Positions 18,624-27,751 of a stretch of 64,000 nt of DNA are shown here, piece after piece. Source of the DNA: Shigella phage vB_SboM_Phaginator; the sequence record OL615012; one strand, given 5' to 3'. The notes beneath the pieces are model-generated. The model ran no database searches. It had not been told where the DNA came from and saw nothing but the letters and a program-made list of their open reading frames with translations. The position numbers and the translations under genes were made by a program. Each line of letters begins with the position of its first letter. The first letter of the stretch is position 1.

Positions 18624-19592
18624 TTATTTCAGAAGAGTAACCTCAGCAATTTCTTCCCAACCGTTTTTGTCGGTCATAATAAAGTCAGCAAGATAAAGTG
18701 CAGTACGCAGTGAAACATTGCGTAAACGATTAACATTAACTTTCATCCATGATAATGCTTTATAAGTTTCTTCATCAGAAAGACCGCGCTTTTGCATCAT
18801 GTCAGTTGAAAGAATAACATCTTCAACCCTGACCATAATTTCTTCATTAGTGTGAACACCCAAATCTAAATAAACTGAGCGGGACACTAATGCTTGTAAA
18901 TGTGGAGCAAGTTTAGTACCACGGTCTAATTCGCGGTCAATGTCAACGTTTGTGATAAAAACAATCGTTCCTTTAAATTCAAACTCACGCTCAATGCCTT
19001 TTTCTTCTAAGTAAGAAGATGCAGTGCTCCAGCAGACTTTACGGGTCTCTCCAGTGTCCAGAGCAGCTTTCAGAAGATTAAGAATGTCCATATCAGAGAA
19101 AACATCCACATCATCAATCAAAAGGACAGAATTCTCTTCACGATTATTCCAAAGTTGTTCATAAAGACCGATACCGGAGATTTTACCGTTAATGCTTTTA
19201 TATTCAATGTATCCAATATCATTTGCTTTATTTAAAGCTTTATCTAAAGAATACGTTTTACCAATACCCGCCGCACCAGAGATAATTAATGAACGAATGT
19301 TTCCGTTAATAATACCATTCGTCATCATTCCCATAACATTAAATCTTTTATTAATGCGGGTTTTCATATCTTCATATGATTCTTTAACTTCTTCAACTTT
19401 TACACCATCATATGAAATGTCTGATTTGTAAACCCAAACACCGCGACGCTTACCGTCAATTTCAACAAAAACTTTACCATCTCCTTGTGCATCCACCGGA
19501 GCATTATCTGGGAACCATTCGCCTAAGAGCTCAAAAGTTCCAGAGATTTCTTTACCGAAGTAGATACCCTTATTGATAGTTACAGTTTTCAT
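18624..19592 (-). CDS. P-loop NTPase (AAA-like ATPase), function unknown
   Basis: Walker A GAAGIGKT and Walker B VLLIDDVD; track ORF 18624..19760 trimmed to MKTVTINKG (GGAGAA RBS) because promoter and terminator lie in the upstream part. Confidence 0.65.
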   Translation of the reverse strand: MKTVTINKGIYFGKEISGTFELLGEWFPDNAPVDAQGDGKVFVEIDGKRRGVWVYKSDISYDGVKVEEVKESYEDMKTRINKRFNVMGMMTNGIINGNIRSLIISGAAGIGKTYSLDKALNKANDIGYIEYKSINGKISGIGLYEQLWNNREENSVLLIDDVDVFSDMDILNLLKAALDTGETRKVCWSTASSYLEEKGIEREFEFKGTIVFITNVDIDRELDRGTKLAPHLQALVSRSVYLDLGVHTNEEIMVRVEDVILSTDMMQKRGLSDEETYKALSWMKVNVNRLRNVSLRTALYLADFIMTDKNGWEEIAEVTLLK

Positions 19593-19626
19593 TTTATTCT
19601 CCAAATCCGTATCAGTTGATAGTTGT

Positions 19627-19655
19627 ATAGTACCATAAAGCTTTATGCTTGTAAA
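19627..19655 (-). promoter_or_regulatory. Early promoter (PeSL-type consensus)
   Basis: Minus strand GTTTACA - 17 bp - TGgTACTAT - ACAACTATCAACT; terminator hairpin immediately upstream. Confidence 0.65.
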
Positions 19656-19677
19656 CTGTTTTGTGAAAAATTTTTGA

Positions 19678-19705
19678 AATAAAAAAAGGGAGCCCGAAGG
19701 CTCCC
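19678..19705 (-). terminator. Rho-independent terminator after NTase gene
   Basis: Minus strand GGGAGCC-UUCG-GGCUCCC followed by UUUUUUU. Confidence 0.75.
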
Positions 19706-19707
19706 TA

Positions 19708-20721
19708 TCATTTATAATAACTTCGGTGGTTTTCAAGATAGACCTTCTCAAGGAAGTCATCCCAGAAACTCATGTCTACTTTTTGCTGCATACCGTTCTT
19801 AGAAGCTTCAGTAGATGCTGCTTCTACTTGATCGACCACATCTTCCAAAAACTCTTGAACCGTTTTAAATGGATGCTTACCCAACTTCACGTCAAGAATA
19901 AATGGAGCATCTTTGAGTGGATAAACCAAGTCACCAGTTTTGTAAATTTCCAATAGTTGGAGTCCACCACGGCAAGCATGACTCAGAGCTTTCCAGTCAA
20001 TACCTTCATTGGCTTCGGCCTTACGAGCACGTTCACCATATTCAGCATCTAATTTGTTCAGTGACTGCTTAAGCTCAATAAGAGAAAGCGTTGTCTGATA
20101 TTTACGACCCAACACAGTGTAGAACGTTTGTGGGCCTGTTTTCTCATGATTATGGAACACCCATTCACAGAATTCGTTTTCTGGAAGACGATGCTTAATA
20201 TCTTCAACTTTAGTGCGACGCTGCTTAATGGAACCGTCTTCTTGGTAATCAACCCATTGCTCGGGGATTTGATTAACTACTTTCAATACATCACGTAATG
20301 CAGCCAAACGAGAACCCTTGACACCGTATTTAGAAGCTTGCTTGCGGACATATCCTAAATAGGATTTCATGTTAGTCGTATAAAAACGAGAACGGTTGTC
20401 TTGAATAAACTTCCACACATCAGGCAAATCAGATTTAACCACTAGTTCAGGTGGAGTGTGAAGCATATCCAATGCTACAGTTTCACCATCTGCTGCTAAT
20501 TTAAAGAAATATTTAAGACTGTATAGTTCATGGTCAATATCATCTTTAGTGTTTTTAGATGATGTGTTGTTAGTGTTTTTACTCATGTGCTCTTTAACGT
20601 TTCCGATAAGAATATCACGAGCAGGAGGAACAAAGATTTCTTTAAAATCTACATCAGATTCTGGAGTAGAAGTTCCATAAAGATGACTACCAAAATAGCT
20701 TTTCATTACTGTTTTCATCAT
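19708..20721 (-). CDS. Pol-beta superfamily nucleotidyltransferase-fold protein, function unknown
   Basis: 337 aa; N-terminal GS-x9-DVD motif (FGSHLYGTSTPESDVDF) with a downstream acidic residue (DMLH). Confidence 0.65.
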   Translation of the reverse strand: MMKTVMKSYFGSHLYGTSTPESDVDFKEIFVPPARDILIGNVKEHMSKNTNNTSSKNTKDDIDHELYSLKYFFKLAADGETVALDMLHTPPELVVKSDLPDVWKFIQDNRSRFYTTNMKSYLGYVRKQASKYGVKGSRLAALRDVLKVVNQIPEQWVDYQEDGSIKQRRTKVEDIKHRLPENEFCEWVFHNHEKTGPQTFYTVLGRKYQTTLSLIELKQSLNKLDAEYGERARKAEANEGIDWKALSHACRGGLQLLEIYKTGDLVYPLKDAPFILDVKLGKHPFKTVQEFLEDVVDQVEAASTEASKNGMQQKVDMSFWDDFLEKVYLENHRSYYK

Positions 20722-21179
20722 TCAGCCTTATATTCAATAACAGGACATACTTTAGCTTTACGAGCTTTTAAAAATTCAACGATAATCGATTTCTTGGGTT
20801 GAATAGGAGGTAAACCTTTATACGCTCTATCAATATTTTCTACGTGTAAAGCATAGTCCTTTTTCCATTTATAATCTTTATATTTTTCACGCAGTTGTGC
20901 AGGAATAACAAATGAACCGATAATAAGTAAAACAACCAAAAGCGCAAGTATAAATGCTGATGGAAGAAGAGTCCATAAACTACCGAAAATAAGCCAACGT
21001 TGTAGGCTTTCTGCACAAATAATTGTTAGCCCTACGAGTATAGTACACCCAAAAATAGAAACGAAAAATGTAGGAATGGCAATAGACCAAAAATATGCGC
21101 ATAGTGTCTTAGGTCGTTGCCATTCATCGTTAAACAATTTGAATAATTTATAGTGCCAAGAGTTTTCATTAATAATCAT
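20718..21179 (-). CDS. Hypothetical multi-pass membrane protein
   Basis: 153 aa with several hydrophobic helices; stop overlaps NTase start. Confidence 0.55.
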   Translation of the reverse strand: MIINENSWHYKLFKLFNDEWQRPKTLCAYFWSIAIPTFFVSIFGCTILVGLTIICAESLQRWLIFGSLWTLLPSAFILALLVVLLIIGSFVIPAQLREKYKDYKWKKDYALHVENIDRAYKGLPPIQPKKSIIVEFLKARKAKVCPVIEYKAE

Positions 21180-21181
21180 AA

Positions 21182-21703
21182 TTATCCTTTCATTGAAGGC
21201 GTAACGGTTGTTAAATACTTAATCATCGCTTCAGCTTCTGATTTTGATAATGAAATTTCTCCATTGTTTTGACGAATAGAAATAAAATCCGGATGACGGT
21301 CACCACCAGCTTTTAAAACACACATATAAGTATCAGTTTCATCTTCAATATTTGAAATGATTGAAGCAGTTCCACATGAATGCGGTTTTTGATAAATCAA
21401 TACAGCTTTTCTTCCGCCATTTGACTGTTCATAAACTTTTAATACATCAAACAAATCACTTCTTTTATCAATAGCTAAAATGTTATTTTCATCTTCAATG
21501 TTAAATCCTTCGGATACTTCATAAAGTGTTACCCATAAATCACCGATGTCAATAACAGCATTTACTTTTCCACGGCTTTCAAGAGTATGACAAATTTTCT
21601 TGATTTCGTCATAACTCATTTTAATAATATCATCTCCTTGACTAAGAAAGATGTCATTTTTAAATTCAACACGAATTAAACCGCTTTCACTTGAAATAAA
21701 CAT
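21182..21703 (-). CDS. Hypothetical protein (tandem paralog A)
   Basis: 173 aa; shares ...GFNIE(D/S)E...(I/L)... and C-terminal ...YL(T/D)(T/S)V(T/I)P(S/T)M motifs with neighbour. Confidence 0.55.
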   Translation of the reverse strand: MFISSESGLIRVEFKNDIFLSQGDDIIKMSYDEIKKICHTLESRGKVNAVIDIGDLWVTLYEVSEGFNIEDENNILAIDKRSDLFDVLKVYEQSNGGRKAVLIYQKPHSCGTASIISNIEDETDTYMCVLKAGGDRHPDFISIRQNNGEISLSKSEAEAMIKYLTTVTPSMKG

Positions 21704-21709
21704 ATTTCC

Positions 21710-22255
21710 TCACTTTGAAATCATAGTTGGAATAACAGAATCAAGATAAGTCTTTAGTGCAATAGCTTCGTCTTTGGTAAATGTGACAATATGCGATCGA
21801 AAATCATCAATTTGACGAATAGTTAAGACATCTCCATCTTCATAACATTTTGATACGTTTAAAACAGTTTCATCATTCTGATTGCAAGCGTTAGTAATAA
21901 TAGCATTGCAATTTTTAAACCATTTTAAACTATGTTTTCTTTCATTAGAATAATAAAAATATTTAATCTTAGTTATAAAATTATCCCAATTATTAATTGA
22001 TAAGCATATTGACTCGCTTTCAATATTAAATCCTGGGCATAAAGAATAGAAATGAATTTTATGCTCATCATTAATGCTTACAATTTTATCAGTATAAGAA
22101 TTTTCAATTTGGGTTAAACGAACAATTTCGTTAGGCGTAAAATATAGCATATCGTCTTCTTGTGTCAAACGATACATATTATTTACTTTTTCTATAGCCA
22201 ATTCACCAAAAAGTGAACTAACTTCTAATACTAATCGTTTCGCCTCACTCATCAC
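21710..22255 (-). CDS. Hypothetical protein (tandem paralog B)
   Basis: 181 aa; paralogous to 21182..21703. Confidence 0.55.
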   Translation of the reverse strand: MMSEAKRLVLEVSSLFGELAIEKVNNMYRLTQEDDMLYFTPNEIVRLTQIENSYTDKIVSINDEHKIHFYSLCPGFNIESESICLSINNWDNFITKIKYFYYSNERKHSLKWFKNCNAIITNACNQNDETVLNVSKCYEDGDVLTIRQIDDFRSHIVTFTKDEAIALKTYLDSVIPTMISK

Positions 22256-22387
22256 TGTATACTCCTCTGAATCATATCAATAATGTTGTTCACCAGATTA
22301 TAAGTAAACATTGGGTAATTATATTGAATCATCACATACACAACAAACAAAATTTTCATTCTCTTCTCCTTGACAGTTGACAAGATT

Positions 22388-22416
22388 ACTATACCATAAC
22401 CTTGCCAACTTGTAAA
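22388..22416 (-). promoter_or_regulatory. Early promoter
   Basis: Minus strand GTTTACA - 17 bp - TGgTATAGT. Confidence 0.6.
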
Positions 22417-22419
22417 CCA

Positions 22420-22593
22420 TTAAATGACGTTTTCAATAAAATTCTGAAGCTTTGTGTGAGCATCAACCATGATTTTCATTTCTTCCTTTGCGAAAGCTGT
22501 ACCTCTTTCCCGAGCAGAATACTCATAGTCAGAAACTGCATTAGCATATTCTTCAATTAGTTTCATTAAAAACATCTGCTTTTCAGTTTTCAT
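22420..22593 (-). CDS. Hypothetical small protein (57 aa)
   Basis: Manually read ORF MKTEKQMFLMKLIEEYANAVSDYEY...; below track cut-off. Confidence 0.3.
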   Translation of the reverse strand: MKTEKQMFLMKLIEEYANAVSDYEYSARERGTAFAKEEMKIMVDAHTKLQNFIENVI

Positions 22594-22777
22594 TATTCCA
22601 CCTAATCATTTCAAGATATTGAACTAACTTAGCTTTAGATTTATCCAAATCCTTTTTAGCTGCTTCTATACCGTCGTATGAATATCCTTCACAATGCTCA
22701 ACTGCTAATTGATATGAATCTATTTCAATATCACGTGCTAATTTAATGATTTTTTCAAACTGTTCGCGTGTTAGCAT
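22583..22777 (-). CDS. Hypothetical small protein
   Basis: ORF track 64 aa. Confidence 0.45.
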   Translation of the reverse strand: MLTREQFEKIIKLARDIEIDSYQLAVEHCEGYSYDGIEAAKKDLDKSKAKLVQYLEMIRWNNEN

Positions 22778-22779
22778 AC

Positions 22780-23019
22780 TTAAACTCTCGTATTATGATC
22801 GATAATTTCATCAAGAAACATATCTAACGCTTCTAAAGCATTATCAACTTTAGCTTCAAGTTCATCAATACCTTTATTTGCAATGCCTGACGAAAACCAA
22901 GCAAAGTCACTAAGTTCCTCATCTGCTTTACGAATTGAAGCCACTAATTCCTTGATTTTATCTGCTTGCTCTATACTAATCATTATTCCACCACATATGA
23001 AAGAGAGAATATTGCACAC
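22780..23019 (-). CDS. Hypothetical small protein
   Basis: ORF track 79 aa. Confidence 0.45.
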   Translation of the reverse strand: MCNILSFICGGIMISIEQADKIKELVASIRKADEELSDFAWFSSGIANKGIDELEAKVDNALEALDMFLDEIIDHNTRV

Positions 23020-23171
23020 GCCATGTGAGTTGCAACTTCATCACACATATTATAACGTTTCTTAAGAAGTTCTACAAGTTCTTCACTAGTAACTTCATCC
23101 ATGTTGACGAAAAAATCACCATTAATGATGACGTAGATATTTCCTTCTTGATTGAGTGCTTCAATTTTCAT
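22983..23171 (-). CDS. Hypothetical small protein
   Basis: Track ORF 22983..23216; start moved to MKIEALNQ (GGAG RBS), upstream part is promoter sequence. Confidence 0.45.
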   Translation of the reverse strand: MKIEALNQEGNIYVIINGDFFVNMDEVTSEELVELLKKRYNMCDEVATHMACAIFSLSYVVE

Positions 23172-23199
23172 GATGTTCTCCTCTTTATCCGATGGTTGT

Positions 23200-23228
23200 A
23201 TAGTACCACGGCTCAAACAGAAAGTAAA
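23200..23228 (-). promoter_or_regulatory. Early promoter (PeSL-type consensus)
   Basis: Minus strand GTTTACT - 17 bp - TGgTACTAT - ACAACCATC; terminator hairpin upstream. Confidence 0.6.
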
Positions 23229-23238
23229 CCGGTAAAAT

Positions 23239-23262
23239 GAAAAAAGTCTCCCGAAGGAGACT
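23239..23262 (-). terminator. Rho-independent terminator
   Basis: Minus strand AGUCUCC-UUCG-GGAGACU followed by UUUUUU. Confidence 0.7.
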
Positions 23263-23266
23263 AATG

Positions 23267-23653
23267 TTATTCGAGGGAAAGAAGATACTTACTCTGGTAA
23301 AACATCCCAGTAATATCATCTATCGTGCTTTGAATGGCTGGAGGCATTTCTTTATAAATGCTGTTAGATTGGTCTAGTATGCGATCAATCATTTTAATTG
23401 TGTCGGTAGGAAGTTTACTGGCATCTGGAATTGAAGGTGTGTATTTTCTACCAGAATACCCCAAATATTGCTCACCAAATTTATCAATCAAATCTGGCAA
23501 CTCGGAGAAAATAAAATCGTATGCTTTGTGTCTAGCATAACTTTTAGTTTCAAAATGTGCAGAATGAAAATAAGCTTGTGCAGCCATTAATAAACCTAAG
23601 TATTCATCTGCCTTTGAAGGTTTTCCACTTTGTGAAAAGTCGCTGAATTTCAT
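23267..23653 (-). CDS. Hypothetical protein
   Basis: ORF track 128 aa; followed by UUCG-loop terminator. Confidence 0.5.
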   Translation of the reverse strand: MKFSDFSQSGKPSKADEYLGLLMAAQAYFHSAHFETKSYARHKAYDFIFSELPDLIDKFGEQYLGYSGRKYTPSIPDASKLPTDTIKMIDRILDQSNSIYKEMPPAIQSTIDDITGMFYQSKYLLSLE

Positions 23654-23943
23654 TCAGTCTCCAATTTAATGTTCATAATTCTAGCGTATGATTGTGCCAT
23701 CTCCGCGCCTCGTTCTATACATTCAAAATCAGAAGAGCACGGGTCATTTTTATAGGTCGTTCTCATAAAACTATAGAACTGTTCAGATGATTCTACGCTT
23801 TTATTTTCAAAAAGCATATAAACATGTCTAATACCAGATTCCATAAATTTATCAAAATGAGGATCGACATTCGCTTCAATCGATGGAGATAAAACAAATG
23901 ACAATCCTAGCATGGCAAATAGTGCCGTTGCTTTTAAGGCCAT
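23650..23943 (-). CDS. rI: Lysis inhibition regulator RI (antiholin)
   Basis: 97 aa; N-terminal signal-anchor MALKATALFAMLGLSFVLSPS; position upstream of tk as in T4. Confidence 0.75.
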   Translation of the reverse strand: MALKATALFAMLGLSFVLSPSIEANVDPHFDKFMESGIRHVYMLFENKSVESSEQFYSFMRTTYKNDPCSSDFECIERGAEMAQSYARIMNIKLETE

Positions 23944-23955
23944 AAAGGCCTCCTA

Positions 23956-24168
23956 TCATTTTTGTCCTGTATTTACTTTATGCCGATGCACGGCCTTAAC
24001 TTTATCAAGGTATTTTTCAAAATTTCGCAATCTAGTATAGTCTGCCGGAGATTGGTTGAGTGATACTTCTCGACGCAAAGCTGAAATGATATTTCCAACT
24101 TCCCTACGAATTTCATCTAATTGAAGCACAGTAAGATTGCGAAGTTGCTTTTCAGTTAATTGTAGCAT
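23956..24168 (-). CDS. Hypothetical protein (rI.1 position)
   Basis: ORF track 70 aa. Confidence 0.45.
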
Positions 24169-24210
24169 ATATACCCCTTTAGTTAGATAAACCTATTTAT
24201 AACTTTTGCA

Positions 24211-24792
24211 CTAACCGAGCTTTTTAGTTAATTCATTCCAATGTTTTCTGCACAAAGAAACATAAATTTCATCACCAATACAGATTTGATTACCTTCTTT
24301 AACTGGTGTTCCATCTTCCATTAATCGAGCTGTCATAATCGCTTTTTTGCCGCAATGACAGACTGCTTTCAGTTCAATAAGTTTATCTGCAATCGCTAAA
24401 AGTTCTTTAGAACCTTCAAACAATTTTCCAGCGAAATCAGTCCTTAATCCATAAGCCATAACAGGAACATTATATGTATCAACAATTCGGCTCAATTGAT
24501 GCACTTGTTCAGTTTTTAAAAACTGAGCTTCATCTACAAATACGCAATGAATATCTTTTTGTGCTTCGGCCCATTTATAGAATTCGAAAATGTCCATATC
24601 ATCTGTAATAATATTCGCTTCCTGCTTAATTCCAATGCGAGAAACGACTTCACAGACAGAATCGCGAGTATCAATAGCAGGCTTAAGAACTAATACACCC
24701 ATTCCACGTTCTTTATAATTATGTGCAGCAGTCAAAAGAGAAGCAGATTTTCCAGCATTCATTGCTGCATAAGTAAAAATTAAACTCGCCAT
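24211..24792 (-). CDS. tk: Thymidine kinase
   Basis: 193 aa; P-loop AAMNAGKS and C-terminal zinc-binding Cys pairs; T4 Tk length. Confidence 0.9.
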   Translation of the reverse strand: MASLIFTYAAMNAGKSASLLTAAHNYKERGMGVLVLKPAIDTRDSVCEVVSRIGIKQEANIITDDMDIFEFYKWAEAQKDIHCVFVDEAQFLKTEQVHQLSRIVDTYNVPVMAYGLRTDFAGKLFEGSKELLAIADKLIELKAVCHCGKKAIMTARLMEDGTPVKEGNQICIGDEIYVSLCRKHWNELTKKLG

Positions 24793-24801
24793 ATCACCTT
24801 C

Positions 24802-24987
24802 TTAAAGCGTATTCACATAAGCTATTAATTCGTTTTCTTTCTTATCAAACCGATCAGCAAATTCTTCCTGCTGTTCGGGAGATAGCGGGCCATATTCATC
24901 ATAAAAGGTGTTTGCTTCTGTATGCTCATCTAGAAGTTCATGGATAAGCTCAAACAATTTATCTTTTTGTTCTTTACTCAGACTCAT
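24802..24987 (-). CDS. Hypothetical small acidic protein
   Basis: ORF track 61 aa. Confidence 0.45.
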   Translation of the reverse strand: MSLSKEQKDKLFELIHELLDEHTEANTFYDEYGPLSPEQQEEFADRFDKKENELIAYVNTL

Positions 24988-25157
24988 ATATTAATTTCCA
25001 GGAGTTTTAAAATAATTCGCTTTTGCTTAAATATTTCCATAGTTAAATGACCAGTATCTTTTTGACCGATTCCAATGGCAAAACCTTTATTAACAGCGAG
25101 TTCAATTAAATTATCAAGCTCACGTAACACTTCGTATTGTAACTCAAAACTATTCAT
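24984..25157 (-). CDS. Hypothetical small protein (57 aa)
   Basis: Manually read ORF MNSFELQYEVLRELDNLIELAVNKGF...; ATGA overlaps at both ends. Confidence 0.35.
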   Translation of the reverse strand: MNSFELQYEVLRELDNLIELAVNKGFAIGIGQKDTGHLTMEIFKQKRIILKLLEINI

Positions 25158-25381
25158 TTTGGTTTACCTTCTTTAACGAAATCAGGATAAGGATAAAATC
25201 CCGAATAAAATCCTTCACCTTTATGATTGATGCATCCTTTATTAGAACAATAGCACCAATAATCGAAATCACAAGCCATTTCATCATTACATAAAGCAAA
25301 AACAACAGGCCATTTACACTTTTCGCAATGGGCATTTTTAAGAATACTAGTTTGGCTCATAACCATGTAACCTTTAAGCAA
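25154..25381 (-). CDS. Hypothetical Cys-rich (putative zinc-binding) protein
   Basis: 75 aa with nine Cys incl. CEKC and CYC pairs. Confidence 0.45.
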   Translation of the reverse strand: MLKGYMVMSQTSILKNAHCEKCKWPVVFALCNDEMACDFDYWCYCSNKGCINHKGEGFYSGFYPYPDFVKEGKPK

Positions 25382-25569
25382 TATTCTTCTACATGTTGTT
25401 TACGACCTTTCTTATCAATAAAGGTATATTCAACGAATGTTCCAATGTAGTCTTTATCTACATCATGTGGACTATTAATTGGACATTTAGTACGGCAAAT
25501 GCGTTCCCATTGACGAATAATTTCCACTTTGTTTTTAGGATCAAACGGATGTGGGTAATGTACTTTCAT
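25357..25569 (-). CDS. Hypothetical protein
   Basis: ORF track 70 aa. Confidence 0.45.
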   Translation of the reverse strand: MKVHYPHPFDPKNKVEIIRQWERICRTKCPINSPHDVDKDYIGTFVEYTFIDKKGRKQHVEEYCLKVTWL

Positions 25570-26020
25570 AATCCACCACTATTAAATCAATATCAGGAGT
25601 AAACATGTCGATTAATTTAGAAACTTTATCCCAATCGCCGCCAGCAATACCACAACCTATGCGTGGAATGTAAATTATCGGTTTAAACAAAAGGGTTTCT
25701 GCCTGTAGATTTAATTCTATCATGCAGTTTACTAAAGCACCATAATCAAGATTAGGACCTGGTTCGTATTGCGTATACAAGTTATAACATATGCCAAAAC
25801 CATTAGGTTTATGTTTAAAAACAATAGACATATCACCGAGTTTTTCACGCGAACCATATTCAGTTGTGGTCTTATCTATTTCTAAAATTTTGGGATAGGC
25901 TCTTGCTAATTGACCAGCTACACCACTGCCCATTGTATGAAAACAATTGCACCCGTGCGCAATAATATTACCTTGAAGAAATAGGGCGACAATATCGCCC
26001 TTGATATATTTTACAATCAT
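25541..26020 (-). CDS. Macro-domain protein (DarG/TARG1-like ADP-ribose processing fold)
   Basis: 159 aa; motif HGCNCFHTMGSGVAGQL resembles the N-x-C...MG-x-G-x-A signature of TARG1/DarG-type macrodomains (recalled, not searched). Confidence 0.6.
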   Translation of the reverse strand: MIVKYIKGDIVALFLQGNIIAHGCNCFHTMGSGVAGQLARAYPKILEIDKTTTEYGSREKLGDMSIVFKHKPNGFGICYNLYTQYEPGPNLDYGALVNCMIELNLQAETLLFKPIIYIPRIGCGIAGGDWDKVSKLIDMFTPDIDLIVVDYESTLPTSV

Positions 26021-26364
26021 CTAGTACTCAATCCTCGATTATAAGAATCTACCAAACGGTCAACCATTGAATGACAAGCGGCTTTATCTTTCTCCTCCGC
26101 AACTGAACATTCTAAGGTATTCCACTTTTTAGCATATCGTTTTAATAATGTATCGTTTTTGTATCTGCTTGATTTATCTCTTTCTCCGTCTTTATATGCA
26201 TATATTAATTTCTGTGCAAATTCAGCTTGGCATGCTTTATTTTTCCCACAATAATCTGCCGCAGTGCGGTTTACATATTCTCTAATTTCAGTATATGATG
26301 TATCTGCTGACGCAGAAGCAGAAAATGAAATTAATCCTATACATAAAACCAAAATTTTAGTCAT
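26017..26364 (-). CDS. Hypothetical secreted protein
   Basis: 115 aa with N-terminal signal peptide MTKILVLCIGLISFSASASA. Confidence 0.5.
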   Translation of the reverse strand: MTKILVLCIGLISFSASASADTSYTEIREYVNRTAADYCGKNKACQAEFAQKLIYAYKDGERDKSSRYKNDTLLKRYAKKWNTLECSVAEEKDKAACHSMVDRLVDSYNRGLSTR

Positions 26365-26902
26365 TTACTATTTCCAAAAGTTTATTATTTTTAAGGTAAT
26401 TAGCCTTTTCTAGGACTTCAGAAGCATATTTAGAACCAGCTTTAACATTCCATCCCGAATTATAAGAGGATATTGCTTTTCTTATATCGCCCTTATGTAT
26501 ATTTAACCAATAAGAAAGTTCAATGTACGCCCAGGAAGCTGAATTGGATCGTTTATTCAACATTCTTTTTATTTCAGCATCGGTCATATTATAACCAAGT
26601 TCCTTAACTCTTGCTCGCATAGTAGGCAAATAATTTTGGAACATTCCGTAGGCGTGATGCTTTGGTTTAGATTTTAAATTAACTCCGCCAGAGCTTTCTT
26701 GCCATAAAATAGCAGCCATTATATGACCTAATCCGCTCTTGTGGATATTTTTGTGTGTTTTATATTTTCCATCCTTAGAAAATTGTTCCCCGAATTGATA
26801 CGCGTAACGCATGTTATCGAGTTGGACATTACTGAAAGTATGCTCGGAGCTATGTGCCATCATTGAAATGGCCAATAGACCAGCGAGTAGTGCTTTTCTC
26901 AT
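26357..26902 (-). CDS. Putative lytic transglycosylase-like periplasmic protein (vs.1-like)
   Basis: 181 aa; signal peptide plus ...LWQESSGG... motif typical of SLT-domain catalytic Glu region. Confidence 0.55.
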   Translation of the reverse strand: MRKALLAGLLAISMMAHSSEHTFSNVQLDNMRYAYQFGEQFSKDGKYKTHKNIHKSGLGHIMAAILWQESSGGVNLKSKPKHHAYGMFQNYLPTMRARVKELGYNMTDAEIKRMLNKRSNSASWAYIELSYWLNIHKGDIRKAISSYNSGWNVKAGSKYASEVLEKANYLKNNKLLEIVND

Positions 26903-26909
26903 GCTTACC

Positions 26910-27371
26910 TCATTGAGTTTTAATTACTGCTTTAGAAGCCTTTCCTGGTAAACGACGACTGTTGATAATTGCCATCCTACATTGAAGTGACGGGTCTTTG
27001 AACTTCTCATTAGGCTTACAAACTGTAAATCCAAGCCAAAGATTTCCATCTGTGATTTCTAAACGTCCAGGACGATATTCAACCCCATCAATAAAATCCT
27101 CGTCAATGTCAGGACGCGGAGGCATACTCAGGAATTCATTAACTTCTAAAACATGGTCTTTTATTTTATGGAATAATTCAAAAACATATGTCTCATCAAT
27201 CTCCCGTTGAATTGCACGATCAAGAAGATGTTGAGAATATTTTAGATGAAACGATGAGACCCCTGCTGCTTTTGATGCCTCACGAATCTCATTGTTAATT
27301 TGACGAAACTCCGACTCAAAGTGACGACGAAGCTTATTTCGACGGATAAAAACTTCTGTGTTGATAGTCAT
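26910..27371 (-). CDS. regB: Endoribonuclease RegB
   Basis: 153 aa, same length as T4 RegB; recalled sequence match; early promoter directly upstream. Confidence 0.75.
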   Translation of the reverse strand: MTINTEVFIRRNKLRRHFESEFRQINNEIREASKAAGVSSFHLKYSQHLLDRAIQREIDETYVFELFHKIKDHVLEVNEFLSMPPRPDIDEDFIDGVEYRPGRLEITDGNLWLGFTVCKPNEKFKDPSLQCRMAIINSRRLPGKASKAVIKTQ

Positions 27372-27398
27372 GTTATTCTCCTCTTAACTGATAGAAAA

Positions 27399-27427
27399 AT
27401 TATACCACAGTCAAGAGGAAAAGTAAA
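27399..27427 (-). promoter_or_regulatory. Early promoter upstream of regB
   Basis: Minus strand GTTTACT - 17 bp - TGgTATAAT. Confidence 0.6.
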
Positions 27428-27430
27428 CAA

Positions 27431-27751
27431 TTATTCTTTAAATCTAATCAATTTATTCATAGACTTTGAAACTTCTGCACGAACCTCATGTAGGTTTTTA
27501 AGCTGTTCAAGACGCTGCTCATAGTAAGCAATTTCATCTTCTTCGAGACAGTCCTGCGAATCTTCTTTAAGATAACGTGCATAGTCCTGGAAAGCTTTAC
27601 GGACTACTTCCTGGAAGTCATCAAGACTTTGAATTTTCTTAGGAGCAACAGATACACGACGAGGGGCAGTATAATACTCATAACCAAACCCTGCGCTTAA
27701 TTGAGCCATTAATATTTTTCCTCTGGTTGGAACACAGCACGACAAGCCCAC
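27431..27751 (-). CDS. Hypothetical protein (vs.3-vs.5 region)
   Basis: Track ORF 106 aa; probable start at internal [10 protein letters not shown] giving 92 aa. Confidence 0.45.
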   Translation of the reverse strand: MGLSCCVPTRGKILMAQLSAGFGYEYYTAPRRVSVAPKKIQSLDDFQEVVRKAFQDYARYLKEDSQDCLEEDEIAYYEQRLEQLKNLHEVRAEVSKSMNKLIRFKE

